Source: Candidatus Omnitrophota bacterium
GTDB lineage: Bacteria; Omnitrophota; Omnitrophia; Omnitrophales; Aquincolibacteriaceae
NCBI GenBank assembly: GCA_043718225.1
Contig: JAYSWD010000022.1
Coordinates: 327 to 64,326 of the forward strand
Reading direction: 5' to 3'
DNA: 64,000 bases
The notes under the pieces were generated by a model, which did not search any database, was not told the origin of the DNA, and was given only the letters and a program-made list of their open reading frames with translations. Shown piece after piece: positions 23,201-26,432 of this stretch. Made by a program: the position numbers and the translations under genes. How positions within the stretch are numbered: position 1 is the stretch's first letter; each line of letters opens with the position of its first letter.

Positions 23201-24283
23201 GCTGGTAAAAAGAATCTTGCAAAAAAGCTATCGGAAAAAAAACACGGCAAGCCAATCAAGGAGAATATTCGATCAAAACCCAAGGTAGCTTCTTCACTCA
23301 CGGCACGTCGTTCAGAATTCCGTGCCGCACCGGCATTGATAGATGAAATCATTTCTGGATCGGGGGACATTGTCAGGCGTGTTTATTTAGGCGGATTGAT
23401 TTTACTCGAGCATCTTAAAAAATTGAATGCCCGCGCCGATGCGCCTGCGTTGCTCCGTGCATTGCGGCTGAATTTAGGACTGGCGCTTCCCGAAGCTTTG
23501 GCTTCCGTCGATCGCAAGAATATTGTCGGTGATACGTACCGCGATAAAAATGCGCAGCCGCGTATTTCGTCGGCCGCTCTCGACCGGCTGATAAAAAGGG
23601 CAGAATTTTCTGGAATTTCGGGCGGACAATTTATATTTGATGACCGTCATACCGAGCAGTTTAAGAAAAATCCCGCGGCGTTGTTTAATCTGCTGGCCGT
23701 GCTCCGGCATTTGCAAAGTTTGGGCAGGGTTAAGCCCGCCGTGACTTTTGTTGGGAACCGCCGCGAGTTTTTTGATTCTTTGCGGAAAATTTTTCAAAAC
23801 CGGAACGGATTAAGCGCCGTTGAGAAACAGGAAATGGCAGGTCTTTTGCCGGAACCCGGCGCCGAAGCCGCGACGCCTTTCGGAAATTTGATCGCTTTCA
23901 TTGATGAAAAGGATTTGACCGCGTATTTGGATGCCGCCGCTAAAACCGAAGGCGTTGTTTTCTTGCATAGTTTGAATTCCGCGCCACCGATACCGGGAAT
24001 CGCGAATTTTTATCTGGAACCGGGCGCGCATTCATCAGCCGATTTAGCCGTGTTGCTAAGCGGCGTGGCCGTGGGCGGTCTTGCCGCTGCGGCGCATATC
24101 CGCGGCCTGAAAGAGCTCGAAAAAATACGCAAAGAACTGACGGGCCCCGTATTGGACAACCTTTTTCCGCGCGCCGCAATCGAATTCAAAAGCGGCGGGT
24201 TCCGTTTCGTTAATTTTGAAGATTACTTGTTGGCTCTTTTATTGGAAAATAGCGCTGCTGGCTTTTTTGAGCGCAGCGTTTAA
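2129..24283 (+). CDS. Giant (7,384 aa) secreted/membrane-threaded multi-domain protein with peptidoglycan-binding-like modules and an M23 metallopeptidase domain
   Basis: Stop-free frame of 22,155 nt. The N-terminus looks like a signal peptide. Domain-level evidence is listed in the sub-features below. All opposite-strand ORFs inside it are short shadows. Confidence 0.85.
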   Translation: MNTKTPFYKGISAFTVAAVCLTQIFFEQPALAQMPETPRALKAAAAFQIEIPPELGRIETITSGTGPVFIHIQEAHGDYESQKKIEALLHYLKKQYGVKLVLVEGSAAQLHPEILNFFPADPAATNKVLDALAREAWAKGTESFLVSDKETAAYGIETFGSYLKNARQFQTILGRRNETADFIDALQSRMQQLASVLLNKNLRSFLRRRQSYDEKELPLAEWVEALKGEARKTLKIDLTDPLYQLDWPMFLRLSKLQEFETALDFKSLPAERRRFLKSIRRFCPGLIYQKIEALLSLPLSRNNLSDPETGMLIESMVSYLPANFNYAAYPNLNRFIGHLIMQSELKGALLAAEIEKLAAQTAEALTENPVEKEFLDLAADYRAIRKIFDLELSTEDYENFSSAEARERLLPSHLHQRLSSFEKTNRGESLAAMDAMFTQIMEFYAGAKNRDGQMAGHILERMRQTGETKAVILTGGFHSKGLGDFLRAHNANYALISPVIEGLAHRDEYFKTFLETSFDSAGHSAVMRPWLADYKNFPWSPVFDQARAAAVNRFKPENTILQTRAGVHEPDLTEKETRHRTAPALPESFYDFAPGGPIAFVARSEMRFLNNGIFISAGIFFSRLARPFVEFIKWYGACLRETPSLSQVADEEWIRWWKEAPTEEVARKMEQTLRKGEKLFSRFKTRIDSLGNRGTRGYERRREDAQTVLFDEILPVLRHQDFILDILKNRRAQNDGWGATIAAFDSLFQEARKKYYGYESLIGRSLPLPQRLAGQLPVSVTHDLKVALEEARQLFSKLKKFGTWFKWLQKSDKEFFIGKIVPAFLDLKTIAELLEERGLQHGGLTGAIAEFSPLYEKARARTGVDFSQAYAASNKKYEELYAREKAKFGVPTTLQEFIPRRQEKSPWLEKIEAALSRIPVKSPPEDTSVPPKSPPVETPKSDGGGNYYLIRILQRAIDQDMEAARKLDGREEASVTKETLFAQIKKNLEKLNEALQGLRVEAAQNSARASTQTVSQRVQQVYRNNQRAYLLESSDAARLVLKLERARIEYQNRLDALPSRAISAKKALLATIEEIVKMKNIASQLRAYEAQNSAPDTNGVLRLAAEINDRRSQRSNPGKAARRRQKYLSERTRIEALAAPPIIGAIPDKQLLQLAREHEANRLKELSNELERIRRQQKLARDLEQGANMSQDSAGIKYQDTLALRRSYAEDWARRPYTSEPSWRFVDGWAQKDGTEESPPRQSEDEDSGSYAGKSYWQRQYGERDRAIEDYLNRAQMTFEALQKRRGLLNHRRIVAQNTREKIEGKLRQAEFSLRLVSVRRNLAAAFLDDGDVDSAAHEWKAADAALRHMGGQQTELSIEVERHQRVMDTRQKLLRAGLEWAEKDAGELTAIGRPLFSGEEREPAMAGALARLNRMLPGDEKKETKMRRLFNKLLRLSHAAQPLTQSKREISKLLKALKHKQSLKALADHQSYLAALLAQTSELDFSLYAEAKELAEKLRKFADRTAAWDEAIPESVGPAYDLGQKLAAFTIKLRQAFEKWIEEESPHSEWMDGQVRAMNGRVHDAREIIDAVTDGERTLREKIEMAGSLQSSVMSAALEVQTLRSQWTAIANGQAAEIGKKDGSQAAHALLQKAETALRIKLEKARQAAAGFDQLGVPKNERVLAALRQIKKDNETAERILASARVQVINQEAELLLARIPEPAALADLYHKNPAAVLARLEEADAAIAFLALLEPQARVADQNLIAGYQNITYVPSDVLCNVDRLHNDAQQRRAQGQIVLDLLKTATRLHVRAVMITHLPAGVASVPEIKSLEKLRGGLESIGSELAERGMINHPAVAGAIKAVQTGIAARQAFLRARAEKEKEWQDVRKHAALLYKNMLDNRRQVHGVAAIVAVLDSAPGSLRGMFAQSKDALVRLRGLALAAHRLNGRLIKLEMTDETALAGILDEVRQAADPADRQIQRARRAVELLTQAKTVSEQAAVLSESMPSPLAVAALFNRQGEKAFAVVRRMVQEQESQFEQLQHRLDNLQQKIEAEMFKKENLVDEALQREQKKTAAAKDRLVAAGREVEAAIDVISSITQAAVRTEILFRQLRTLNPKRIDGFFKQGGFKLVADQMRQREQNFKRDYRKALQEHHIAEALQDARRWGILEIPALAAPFKLIDAAPARFAAFVSPLLDRAARRQTASDLLDEARRYKQTVLALTEQEKIRDEYLQQGGSAGAHSLVQEARDILTDQIKTRAQRAREALAPDADLQPEVAREFEQIINSANQAIEDAGNQISKSEADSRQAAQEAATKTKNLRLQITAQLGRAGDLFAEIDRAFLKPGGSLNAWELITRARVAAERMSVHLTRIRVEASRLPEKTTTLQSLMQAEKNRRAIRYLLQAAAKHLLELEEKSRFAALTAALQASVRQQVIERIFAEGGQQFGFLKRIYLESGSSQARELLEKAQALAGPNRANELPRGSTGFRADFTVAAEEENRFPKVKRQGHEAAIQENWQVASVLLQQAAREVERLKQQSRAESVQAASSSGKLHDEIEAALGDPTQPLIHIRDIYLKQGAAAARNTVRELEIKAHGFIPLGVTAVTAARRLPEQTVLDNRRKIANDRLAIRQQIREARRMIAVMENQSVQVSARTEQAAEYLAKRIQSDLKRVISHYLDETKGAAVAESDIAAAEKSAENFNRLLGTAQMAWEQLQYAYGEIFVWFDLQKIKQHQAAVRQALTDARQALENTKNASRVIAFLADQDASRLYALSIPSFGDKSDQFAHVRRIFFSEGSAAAHEHVRRIQIASEAFDGYVTDSEREKNRLPEQLIIDQHNRVAAYRTRVAAQSRIAFNLIESFEATVEQQAAAAGVESAAALRRLNQTLITVQDIIDQQGPLAQAQNAVKQAREQLAIILDQQQRIVDLAGIFNSERVLAANGQAAQNAINANSAIANAEGRIAKEIWSIHLQSSQDMAAAEQIAGEIKQEVEGQSVAVYFSQGSAAAGGRVAEGEKRAADIELLESNAARRLRRLDDDTTRTYDGRIRKAREDLAALFANERAQIERLRAQSAASAEDAQQAAQTIFNAAANALEHLGGSFSRGKADVVLAVLREIKMKVLAGHLANAERAGHELDRPNLPQIIAIQNLQNQLDALLEGGQSALTLWKLIQRITLTANNLLRTGDRTTAVLSAAAWLRFETFKLEADAINAQVRSPTAAQVLPHYIQTGTQLLVIMQQDAQRLADNRDLDQYEGLFRGFAAAISGWSSFWRVHQMRQIVVQLENGRTWLTELLNASEAAFGDRQLASNFAQRRDALREKIENRLRAVNRWLKFLALFMPKREAQFPVILKKRPVSIAEDINQTIPQPAELVTPFVPAAAAGNKDEFIASPATLAGVIGDDALPVASSPARASAPVAKSSPTLRHPDWRVLSGIAAAVAVVAAVWLIPSLQHRSKDIKAPSAVLTATSETQNPEANATNENNPRMGIRFTQTAPQPAQSPAAEPAGFAASNTVASNAADRQTGSAVAGKTGEENSFSIGRFWINIFWKLGVLLIIVGAASLLRLRRAKPQTAKRVVSGTAAIQPPADSGLTKAGTIAEAANIFPQLPVKASKTAPAIGEPQSNPVAKKNAPLLLTAGAGGITGAVENTSDAWMQIFEQQVLPLILSGNNSAPLLLMPGASNEASAALGFALNTGFQGSSTFTHGHVPQNNPLQNRTADNSGDILAQQIDAFLRAGRKEPSQSNAPESFWPQAIQFLSGKPAASPSDPMFLTERPAPLLLTAGPIGRIAETVITVQAERFNQNWEEVEKWQMRQPKPESIEAETETTGFSEADIFNNMKPSRLAWQKKSKPRTRIVPGEMPEQPFEHISRQAQTGVGGISSAAATGLSAALVTDTASEQDITGETAVSPRTHWRDNHSRTITNAEKKDHVKLTHKDWRAAKKVLRQPVVGLVDTERQIIEQTIHRELAAAAKAQDAVTAQKAISTALALVPAVSAHLWPVIMMELNRADAAVSKRFGTPLMLTDRERQVATDENVASTVVEQPGSMDEQLKDTAAEEIKLQPVRIAVSEEAEPAKTARPKIILTGSIAALLPPVVSAATGKRPKKAQLRKGKSTAPKMQTAGARVAVTEMPGVDSAVPIITAGPVAPTAIILESDLFTAQPADDESNEVGIFAEIKAQRLIATRRLMLNDLSVSPAVRAQAATQIPAAAFARDTLLPKLLERLIEQLLPDSGERLLLENRQREARALAADPAELDVQSEDAVAPVKTKRPKFILTGSIAALLPRSVRVTTDATPASEQTVEFFTENSVSDAVQPVAVTSDLDVQLPQAGATAAEIATVVPPSVSNPEFILAGPIAVPSLKLSAHNFYFVPVGFYDLGTRLAAAATGGVIAGTAVVMEEKGSSTEKPADSKKPFVLSPNDLEQDLFTSPTRDNEYQFAQSADFLGALVRKGMPSNLVRGNFSAAPNSPAGEDESAQTGGTDRVIVYPDMHAAAAQTEESPETAGLDAEQEDGGKAAVSPVPAAAAQKGRGRKWILPASIAAGLTLAAGLAVWSFILPARVPTLAKVTQSTEESDEDKKLVEMINGQIPKISAAVKDLQANFVELDTQISKGKKTIGQIEKLTEQVQAELARLEKMPDKIKTNEWKAQLKSKFGLLERRQEDLTQNVNVSETQLAALKKQRDAWNIQIEMFKTIIEMKPGDRPRALQQLQFAYLNLQRARDFHDRQPRYLPATFSPESNQSSNSPNEKFEKLLGEFKELKIALGKAEEVRKKALQDMLERNQRALENLAQSGEAAQGAIIETEIYLASLKQISFSKPLALWTSSTTVTDPAAHEKINIAPENPEVNIATHPPVLDMPPTNLSEPLKPSVASAPLPETTALPEMGGEEQLMLQALPPAQPASTAPFASGTGVDLHGPTNVDAELAKPAVALSMPSSTVAAPSAAPAAALETQSASPSAQTDSSAAVNSGGQTNTGRGIPVVPVAVTIAPLAPFLISGTLWGIMGALAVLMLAFSGWLLLRLRPKTVSAVPSSVAAPSAAPGVGWRFSWFRKSAPKPLQPAPTAVPPKTGIAAPGPARTAPATKKTSALPAKLNTAPPASAVLPVKKAKTGADVKNPIPTPTPGASTTNIVSPPSAASLGPPERQTAAAAGHSETSPPPGKSADAKNTDDSPPIPVVPSGAKEKASAVPAIAVPIPVVLPDVAATSHAAEEKPANAGTNASHPAETHALKPASADSILSPVRFRLPRWVTPVAAAAGIVAGLFLLHKTHQEKSGAGSKTAMTLPAKDSTPETEVQLRDDSLPANVASPAPAATGNQNLAATPQPPTMVLAEVNLNDLTLRPVPVSPITFTFGSARPTADMTNIFAPAPKMSPFDFSEPFVPAALALNLPDTTNLHLPEISFDHLTPYTTPLSPMPFAFDVARPAADMTNIFASAPEMLPLDFFAPSATTALALNLPDTTNLNLPKVNFDDLTLRPVPVLPITFTLGLARPAADMTNIFAPVPEMLPLDFFAPSATTALTLNLPDTTNLNLPKVNLDDLNPLLKPTDAGLPGVVFPSETMLSSTQPQATPGVVPETPGVAGLEVASALVLNSPTVPQPESMITLTVPEMSRFAFSAERIELGLTPVPLLKLTDAGLPREVNPPDNLTSGAAPASAVKVKPPFRATVSVLPVPVAIKFALTPPGQRSENLPAAPDSQITSAQTEKKNASHAAVSQSPQERGGSTVVATPKESNQSAEAEATKVQKPAVTVKAADKSVIAEKVKSPAGGKTEKSKTQGQAKAGKNAQPKIEIKRALLTRALQENSQGLDVFAAEAALQALNPANTRLIGEADGDFDGRLARASDTFAHNWNLEHPGQPRLILNGRIEPQKFARIWESLTPQQVHALQAKVDNQNYDHVKGGEAVKQARAAHNKIAKTESMPAAKMIAAVSTVGDITNTGHAEEMFAASGDDTNTAKKSLQTEPDSKETASTPSASQVPAPSTVVKTDPVSPPAAASAVGVQKEATPAKVAAGPIAPKPTLTQPVQHTLPKVGEKVITAAKPGVSQHVTGKTAKASSSPQKILQARLTRTINPGDKGLDVYSIQAFFYTQSDFYRNLVGKPTGKADQQFKKTVLTWKTNWNRTNLRPGKKPLEMTPSLDQATYATIRRSLDDTQVYKMNQLYARENWKAIPGGMHVIRALKKRNQEKAHTVSSAVKLAADSTVGDITNTGNDEVLFAASDDDVNSQEETVQTATDLDEPVFIAQNTVSVELTPAADLPVAPEAPIVMDAPGHSTAAAALSAPALAFNLQTVPQSESTVKLPVAKKPQLAFSAAPVEPGLSPTDVGLPKGVNNPPDNSASGAAPSMPSAPATQEVPTPAPAIDSTPSTPEMPAAAPSATITPSPNFAPLVVSTPSVPKTPAVVTSITPTAPAPAAKSLAPVLQPPANEMSPTNTPAGTAVDSGIGQFQTLLPEASRDQAVSGNLTEAHPIPRNMPQVLDSDHETTPHELAAPTANQPRPDIAAAYVPKEEKAHVQAATAMTNAINELIAKGELPLMASNGSGGQRMSPSARRHLGDLLKDSRRVKGDKKSPSNKPKADSKSADNKKANNKSKAKTVKVEKKTTIVTKNKVGKNKTANNGIKDYSLVTPNMRGALLEHVPFPPQYFKRTVGGTRINASRDGGKRVHNGRDGVMPIGVPLFASLKNPWIRYAGTMGGYGNIVIIRGWGLDGKLRDFPRGHVGKMKFLTNNQFVPFARAQHVKSSTVVAYSGRSGIKNDAPHTHDESWLVKGGVNGEGWRLGSTGRDFRLENIDWIYENAVDWNGKGGYASNSLEAKKETIGRGFRNAGIVGIAAAGFIATAPAEKNAAKNVNSRAPATDILDQALAAAGLSIPSSSQAAPARAAKIIAGLNVRDLTAHIPFIAPVPDARGFGINPASPPAFHPANSKEEVSYKIALKVNAGLAMQALQDALRQNNLTWPRPGTPERKALVKIFLQMPQEAKPVSQQSSFAQADAEQRRRVATQIFSALKSASSSQASSTNLWPALARLNNLPETAVFKPHKAGLSKTSVFKGKKTIAGKKNLAKKLSEKKHGKPIKENIRSKPKVASSLTARRSEFRAAPALIDEIISGSGDIVRRVYLGGLILLEHLKKLNARADAPALLRALRLNLGLALPEALASVDRKNIVGDTYRDKNAQPRISSAALDRLIKRAEFSGISGGQFIFDDRHTEQFKKNPAALFNLLAVLRHLQSLGRVKPAVTFVGNRREFFDSLRKIFQNRNGLSAVEKQEMAGLLPEPGAEAATPFGNLIAFIDEKDLTAYLDAAAKTEGVVFLHSLNSAPPIPGIANFYLEPGAHSSADLAVLLSGVAVGGLAAAAHIRGLKELEKIRKELTGPVLDNLFPRAAIEFKSGGFRFVNFEDYLLALLLENSAAGFFERSV
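2300..3700 (+). other. N-terminal globular region with a Tiki/ChaN/TraB-like motif pattern (tentative)
   Basis: PVFIHIQEAHGDYESQKKIEALLHYLKKQYGVKLVLVEG near the start and AVILTGGFHSKGL near the end. This resembles the GExH ... E ... GxxH layout of that superfamily. Assigned from memory only, with no alignment run. Confidence 0.25.
4161..4715 (+). repeat. Two divergent ~80-90-aa internal repeats
   Basis: KLFSRFK...FDEILPVLRHQDFILDILKNRRAQNDGWGATIAAFDSLFQEARKKY versus QLFSKLK...FIGKIVPAFLDLKTIAELLEERGLQHGGLTGAIAEFSPLYEKARART. Confidence 0.5.
7850..11410 (+). repeat. Array of at least 11 divergent ~110-aa helical repeats (spectrin-like periodicity)
   Basis: The anchor motif (two hydrophobics, x3, G, x3, A) recurs at nt 7850 MFAQSKDA, 8120 LFNRQGEKA, 8444 FFKQGGFKL, 8771 YLQQGGSAG, 9101 FLKPGGSLN, 9434 YLESGSSQA, 9797 YLKQGAAAA, 10103 YLDETKGAA, 10448 FFSEGSAAA, 10751 IIDQQGPLA, 11066 YFSQGSAAA and 11369 SFSRGKADV. 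Spacing is 270-363 nt. Alternate units also share an RLPE(Q/K) motif. Confidence 0.65.
12356..12418 (+). other. Internal transmembrane helix A of the giant protein
   Basis: VLSGIAAAVAVVAAVWLIPSL, flanked by R and HRSK (about aa 3410-3430). Confidence 0.6.
12689..12754 (+). other. Internal transmembrane helix B
   Basis: FWINIFWKLGVLLIIVGAASLL followed by RLRRAK (about aa 3521-3542). Confidence 0.6.
12956..15150 (+). repeat. Seven dispersed copies of a short P-(hydrophobic)2-3-L-T/M-(A)-G-P/S-I-A motif
   Basis: APLLLTAGAGGITG (12956), APLLLMPGASNE (13072), APLLLTAGPIGRIA (13387), RPKIILTGSIAALLP (14288), VPIITAGPVAPTA (14465), RPKFILTGSIAALLP (14862), PEFILAGPIAVPS (15098). Copies 4 and 6 share about 20 aa. 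Confidence 0.55.
15659..15730 (+). other. Internal transmembrane helix C
   Basis: WILPASIAAGLTLAAGLAVWSFIL, preceded by KGRGRK (about aa 4511-4534). Confidence 0.6.
15790..16495 (+). other. Coiled-coil segment
   Basis: K/E/Q/L-rich heptad-like sequence, for example KISAAVKDLQANFVELDTQISKGKKTIGQIEKLTEQVQAELARLEK and FEKLLGEFKELKIALGKAEEVRKKALQDMLERNQRALENL. Confidence 0.55.
16988..17115 (+). other. 42-residue hydrophobic block (one long or two hairpin transmembrane helices)
   Basis: IPVVPVAVTIAPLAPFLISGTLWGIMGALAVLMLAFSGWLLL followed by RLRPK. Confidence 0.55.
17795..17848 (+). other. Internal transmembrane helix F
   Basis: WVTPVAAAAGIVAGLFLL, preceded by RLPR and followed by HKTHQEK. Confidence 0.5.
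18047..18680 (+). repeat. In-frame tandem repeat, 3.3 copies of 201 nt (67 aa)
   Basis: Units start at 18047, 18248 and 18449, with a partial unit from 18650. The consensus is VNxDDLTLRPVPVxPITFTxGxARPAADMTNIFAPxPEMLPLDFFAPSATTALxLNLPDTTNLNLPK. Units 2 and 3 differ at 7 of 134 nt in their 3' two-thirds by my count. Confidence 0.9.
19424..19700 (+). other. Peptidoglycan-binding-domain-like module A
   Basis: LTRALQENSQGLDVFAAEAALQALNPANTRLIGEADGDFDGRLARASDTFAHNWNL... fits the G-x-D/V ... LQ ... (A)DG-x-F(G/D) ... pattern of PG_binding_1-type domains. Judged by eye. Confidence 0.45.
20224..20490 (+). other. Peptidoglycan-binding-domain-like module B (paralogue of A)
   Basis: LQARLTRTINPGDKGLDVYSIQAFFYTQSDFYRNLVGKPTGKADQQFKKTVLTWKTNWN. 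Both modules are followed ~130 aa later by a near-identical STVGDITNTG(H/N)xE..FAAS.DD block (19832.. and 20638..). Confidence 0.4.
21723..21900 (+). other. Lys/Asn-rich low-complexity tract
   Basis: RRVKGDKKSPSNKPKADSKSADNKKANNKSKAKTVKVEKKTTIVTKNKVGKNKTANNG, immediately N-terminal of the M23 core. Confidence 0.8.
21903..22340 (+). other. Peptidase M23 (LytM/lysostaphin-type) catalytic domain
   Basis: HNGRD (HxxxD, 22031..22045), GGYGNIVIIRG, and GRSGIKNDAPHTHDE (HxH at 22313..22321), in canonical order and spacing. Confidence 0.75.
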
Positions 24284-24347
24284 TTTTTGAACATCATCGC
24301 GCTCGGTGCGGCCGGAGTTTATCATACCCCTTTCCTGCTGTCCAAAG

Positions 24348-24397
24348 CTTGAACGAAACATCGCCGGCAAAAATATTTTCAGCTAAACTACGCGCAT
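24348..24397 (+). repeat. Right copy of the direct repeat flanking the giant gene
   Basis: cttgaacgaaacatcgccggcaaaaatattttcagctaaactacgcgcat. It retains a TGA at 24350..24352, homologous to the DCC stop codon, and runs into the S9 peptidase ATG (24396). Confidence 0.9.
24349..24377 (+). promoter_or_regulatory. Candidate promoter in the right repeat (TTGAAC-N17-AATATT)
   Basis: Same hexamers as the left copy, lying ~20 nt upstream of the S9 peptidase ATG. Confidence 0.3.
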
Positions 24398-26303
24398 GAA
24401 ACATCCTGAGCTTCTCCTGCTTTTTTTCGGCGCGGCTTTGCTTTTCGCGGCGGCTTGCGTTTTTACCGCTCCCGTGAAACTTATTCCTCGTACGCTGCTT
24501 TTCGGTAATCCTCAAAAAGCACAGCCGCAAATTTCCCCCGACGGCGCGCAAATTGCTTATTTGGCGCCGCGGGACGGCGTTTTGAATATTTGGCTGCGTA
24601 GTGTGAAAGGCGGCGATGACCGTGTTGTGACAAATGAAAAGGGGCGCGGCATTTCCAATTATTTTTGGGCGCCGGACAATAAAAGCGTTTTATTTTTGCA
24701 GGATAAGGACGGCAACGAAGATACGCATCTTTATTCGGTTGATTTACAATCGGGAACAAAACGTGATTTAACGCCTTTTGAGGATGTGAGGGTCCAGGTC
24801 ATCGCTTCCAATAAAAATTTTCCGGATACGTTATTGATCGCGATGAACCGTGATAATAAAAAAGTCTATGACGCTTACCGCCTGAAATGGCGAACAGGCG
24901 AGCTGGAACTTGCCGCGAAAAACGACGGCAGTATCGCGCAATGGATTTCCGATGCAAATTTAAAAGTTCGCGGGGCTTTGATCGCGAACCAGGATGCGGG
25001 TTATACAGTTATGGTTCGCGATTCAGAGAACACGGAGTGGAGAAAAGCCGCGGAATGGGGCTTTGAAGATAGTTTTGGGTGCCATGTAATCGGTTTTTCA
25101 AAGGACGGAAATTCGCTTTACTTGGTTGATTCCCGCGAGGCAGCGACGGGCAGGCTCGTTAAACTGGATCTCGCAAGCGGAAAGAAAGAAGTGATCGCCG
25201 AAGACCCTACCTATGACGTGGTAAATGTTTTGATGCATCCCGACACTTACCAAATCCAAATGGTTTCGTGGATTAAAGCAAAAGAAGAATGGCGTGTGCT
25301 GGATGAGTCTATCCGGAGCGACATAGACAAAATCACAAACCTTCATGGACAGAATTTTTCGATCACAAACCGCGATGATGCCGATCGGAATTGGGTTTTA
25401 CGCGTTTCGTCGGACCGCGCGCCCGTGGCGTATTTTCTTTACCGCCGCGAAATCGGAACAAGCGATTTTCTTTTTGAACATCAGCCAGAACTTAAAAAAT
25501 ACAAACTAGCAGAAATGAAACCCATTTCGTTTCAGGCGCGTGACGGACTCACTTTACATGGATATTTAACGGTGCCGGTTGGGTCGAAGGCCCGGAGGCA
25601 TAAGATGATACTGAAGGTGCATGGCGGGCCGTGGAATCGTGATGTGTGGGGTTATGACGCGCGCGTGCAATGGCTCGCGAATCGCGGGTACGCCTGTTTG
25701 CAAATTAACTTTAGAGGATCCACCTCTTACGGAAAGAATTTTTTGAATGCCGGTAATAAAGAATGGGGCGGAAAAATGCAAAACGATTTAACCGATGCGG
25801 TTGAATGGGCTATTCGCGAAGGCGTTGCCGATCCTAAGCGTGTGGCGATTTTCGGCGGTTCATACGGCGGGTACGCGGCCTTGGCGGGAGCGGTATTTAC
25901 ACCGGATTTATTCAAAGCGGCAATTGCGGTGGTGGGCCCAAGCAATTTAATTTCTTTTATCAAAACCACGCCGGCGTACTGGTCAACCGAATTAACCAAC
26001 ATTTACAGGCGTGTGGGAGATCCGGAAAAAGACGAAGCTTTTCTAAAATCCCGCTCGCCGCTCTTTAAAGCGGATCAAATTCGAATCCCACTTTTAATCG
26101 CGCAGGGCGCGAATGATCCGCGTGTGAAAAAAGCGGAATCCGATCAAATCGTCGCGGCATTAAAACAGCATGGAATCGAACATGAATATTTGCTCTTTGA
26201 CAATGAAGGCCATGGTTTTTCCAGGCCTGAAAACCAGCTTCAATTTTATAAAACTGCCGAAATTTTTTTAGCGCGCCATCTTGGAGGGCGCCTCGAATCC
26301 TAA
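24396..26303 (+). CDS. S9 family serine peptidase (prolyl oligopeptidase/dipeptidyl aminopeptidase-like), secreted
   Basis: N-terminal signal/anchor, a beta-propeller-like N-half, a C-terminal alpha/beta hydrolase with GGSYGGY (GxSxGG) nucleophile motif, then QGANDPRV and EGHGF. Confidence 0.85.
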   Translation: MKHPELLLLFFGAALLFAAACVFTAPVKLIPRTLLFGNPQKAQPQISPDGAQIAYLAPRDGVLNIWLRSVKGGDDRVVTNEKGRGISNYFWAPDNKSVLFLQDKDGNEDTHLYSVDLQSGTKRDLTPFEDVRVQVIASNKNFPDTLLIAMNRDNKKVYDAYRLKWRTGELELAAKNDGSIAQWISDANLKVRGALIANQDAGYTVMVRDSENTEWRKAAEWGFEDSFGCHVIGFSKDGNSLYLVDSREAATGRLVKLDLASGKKEVIAEDPTYDVVNVLMHPDTYQIQMVSWIKAKEEWRVLDESIRSDIDKITNLHGQNFSITNRDDADRNWVLRVSSDRAPVAYFLYRREIGTSDFLFEHQPELKKYKLAEMKPISFQARDGLTLHGYLTVPVGSKARRHKMILKVHGGPWNRDVWGYDARVQWLANRGYACLQINFRGSTSYGKNFLNAGNKEWGGKMQNDLTDAVEWAIREGVADPKRVAIFGGSYGGYAALAGAVFTPDLFKAAIAVVGPSNLISFIKTTPAYWSTELTNIYRRVGDPEKDEAFLKSRSPLFKADQIRIPLLIAQGANDPRVKKAESDQIVAALKQHGIEHEYLLFDNEGHGFSRPENQLQFYKTAEIFLARHLGGRLES

Positions 26304-26334
26304 CCCCATCCCACATCCCGGAAGTGGGATGGGG
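26304..26334 (+). terminator. 11-bp GC-rich hairpin after the S9 peptidase gene (no U-tract)
   Basis: ccccatcccac-atcccggaa-gtgggatgggg, directly after the stop codon. Confidence 0.4.
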
Positions 26335-26432
26335 TCATGGGGCTGGCTGTTAGTGGGTTTGACAGAAGCGCTTTCCGGCTTTAACCTGTTGCTTGCGTCA
26401 TTATCTAATTCCGTTAATTTTAGGGGGCTTTT

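Noticed and set aside
2129-24283. The giant ORF might be an NRPS/PKS, an RTX toxin or an Ig-repeat adhesin.
   Set aside because: I found no KS/AT/ACP or A/C/T core motifs, no GGxGxD nonapeptide runs, and no beta-sandwich-like repeats. The sequence is mostly helical or low-complexity with wall-targeting domains.
24284-24347. Looked for a terminator directly after the giant gene.
   Set aside because: Only a weak, mismatched CTCGG/CCGGAG pairing with no U-tract is present. Transcription may read into the S9 peptidase gene.
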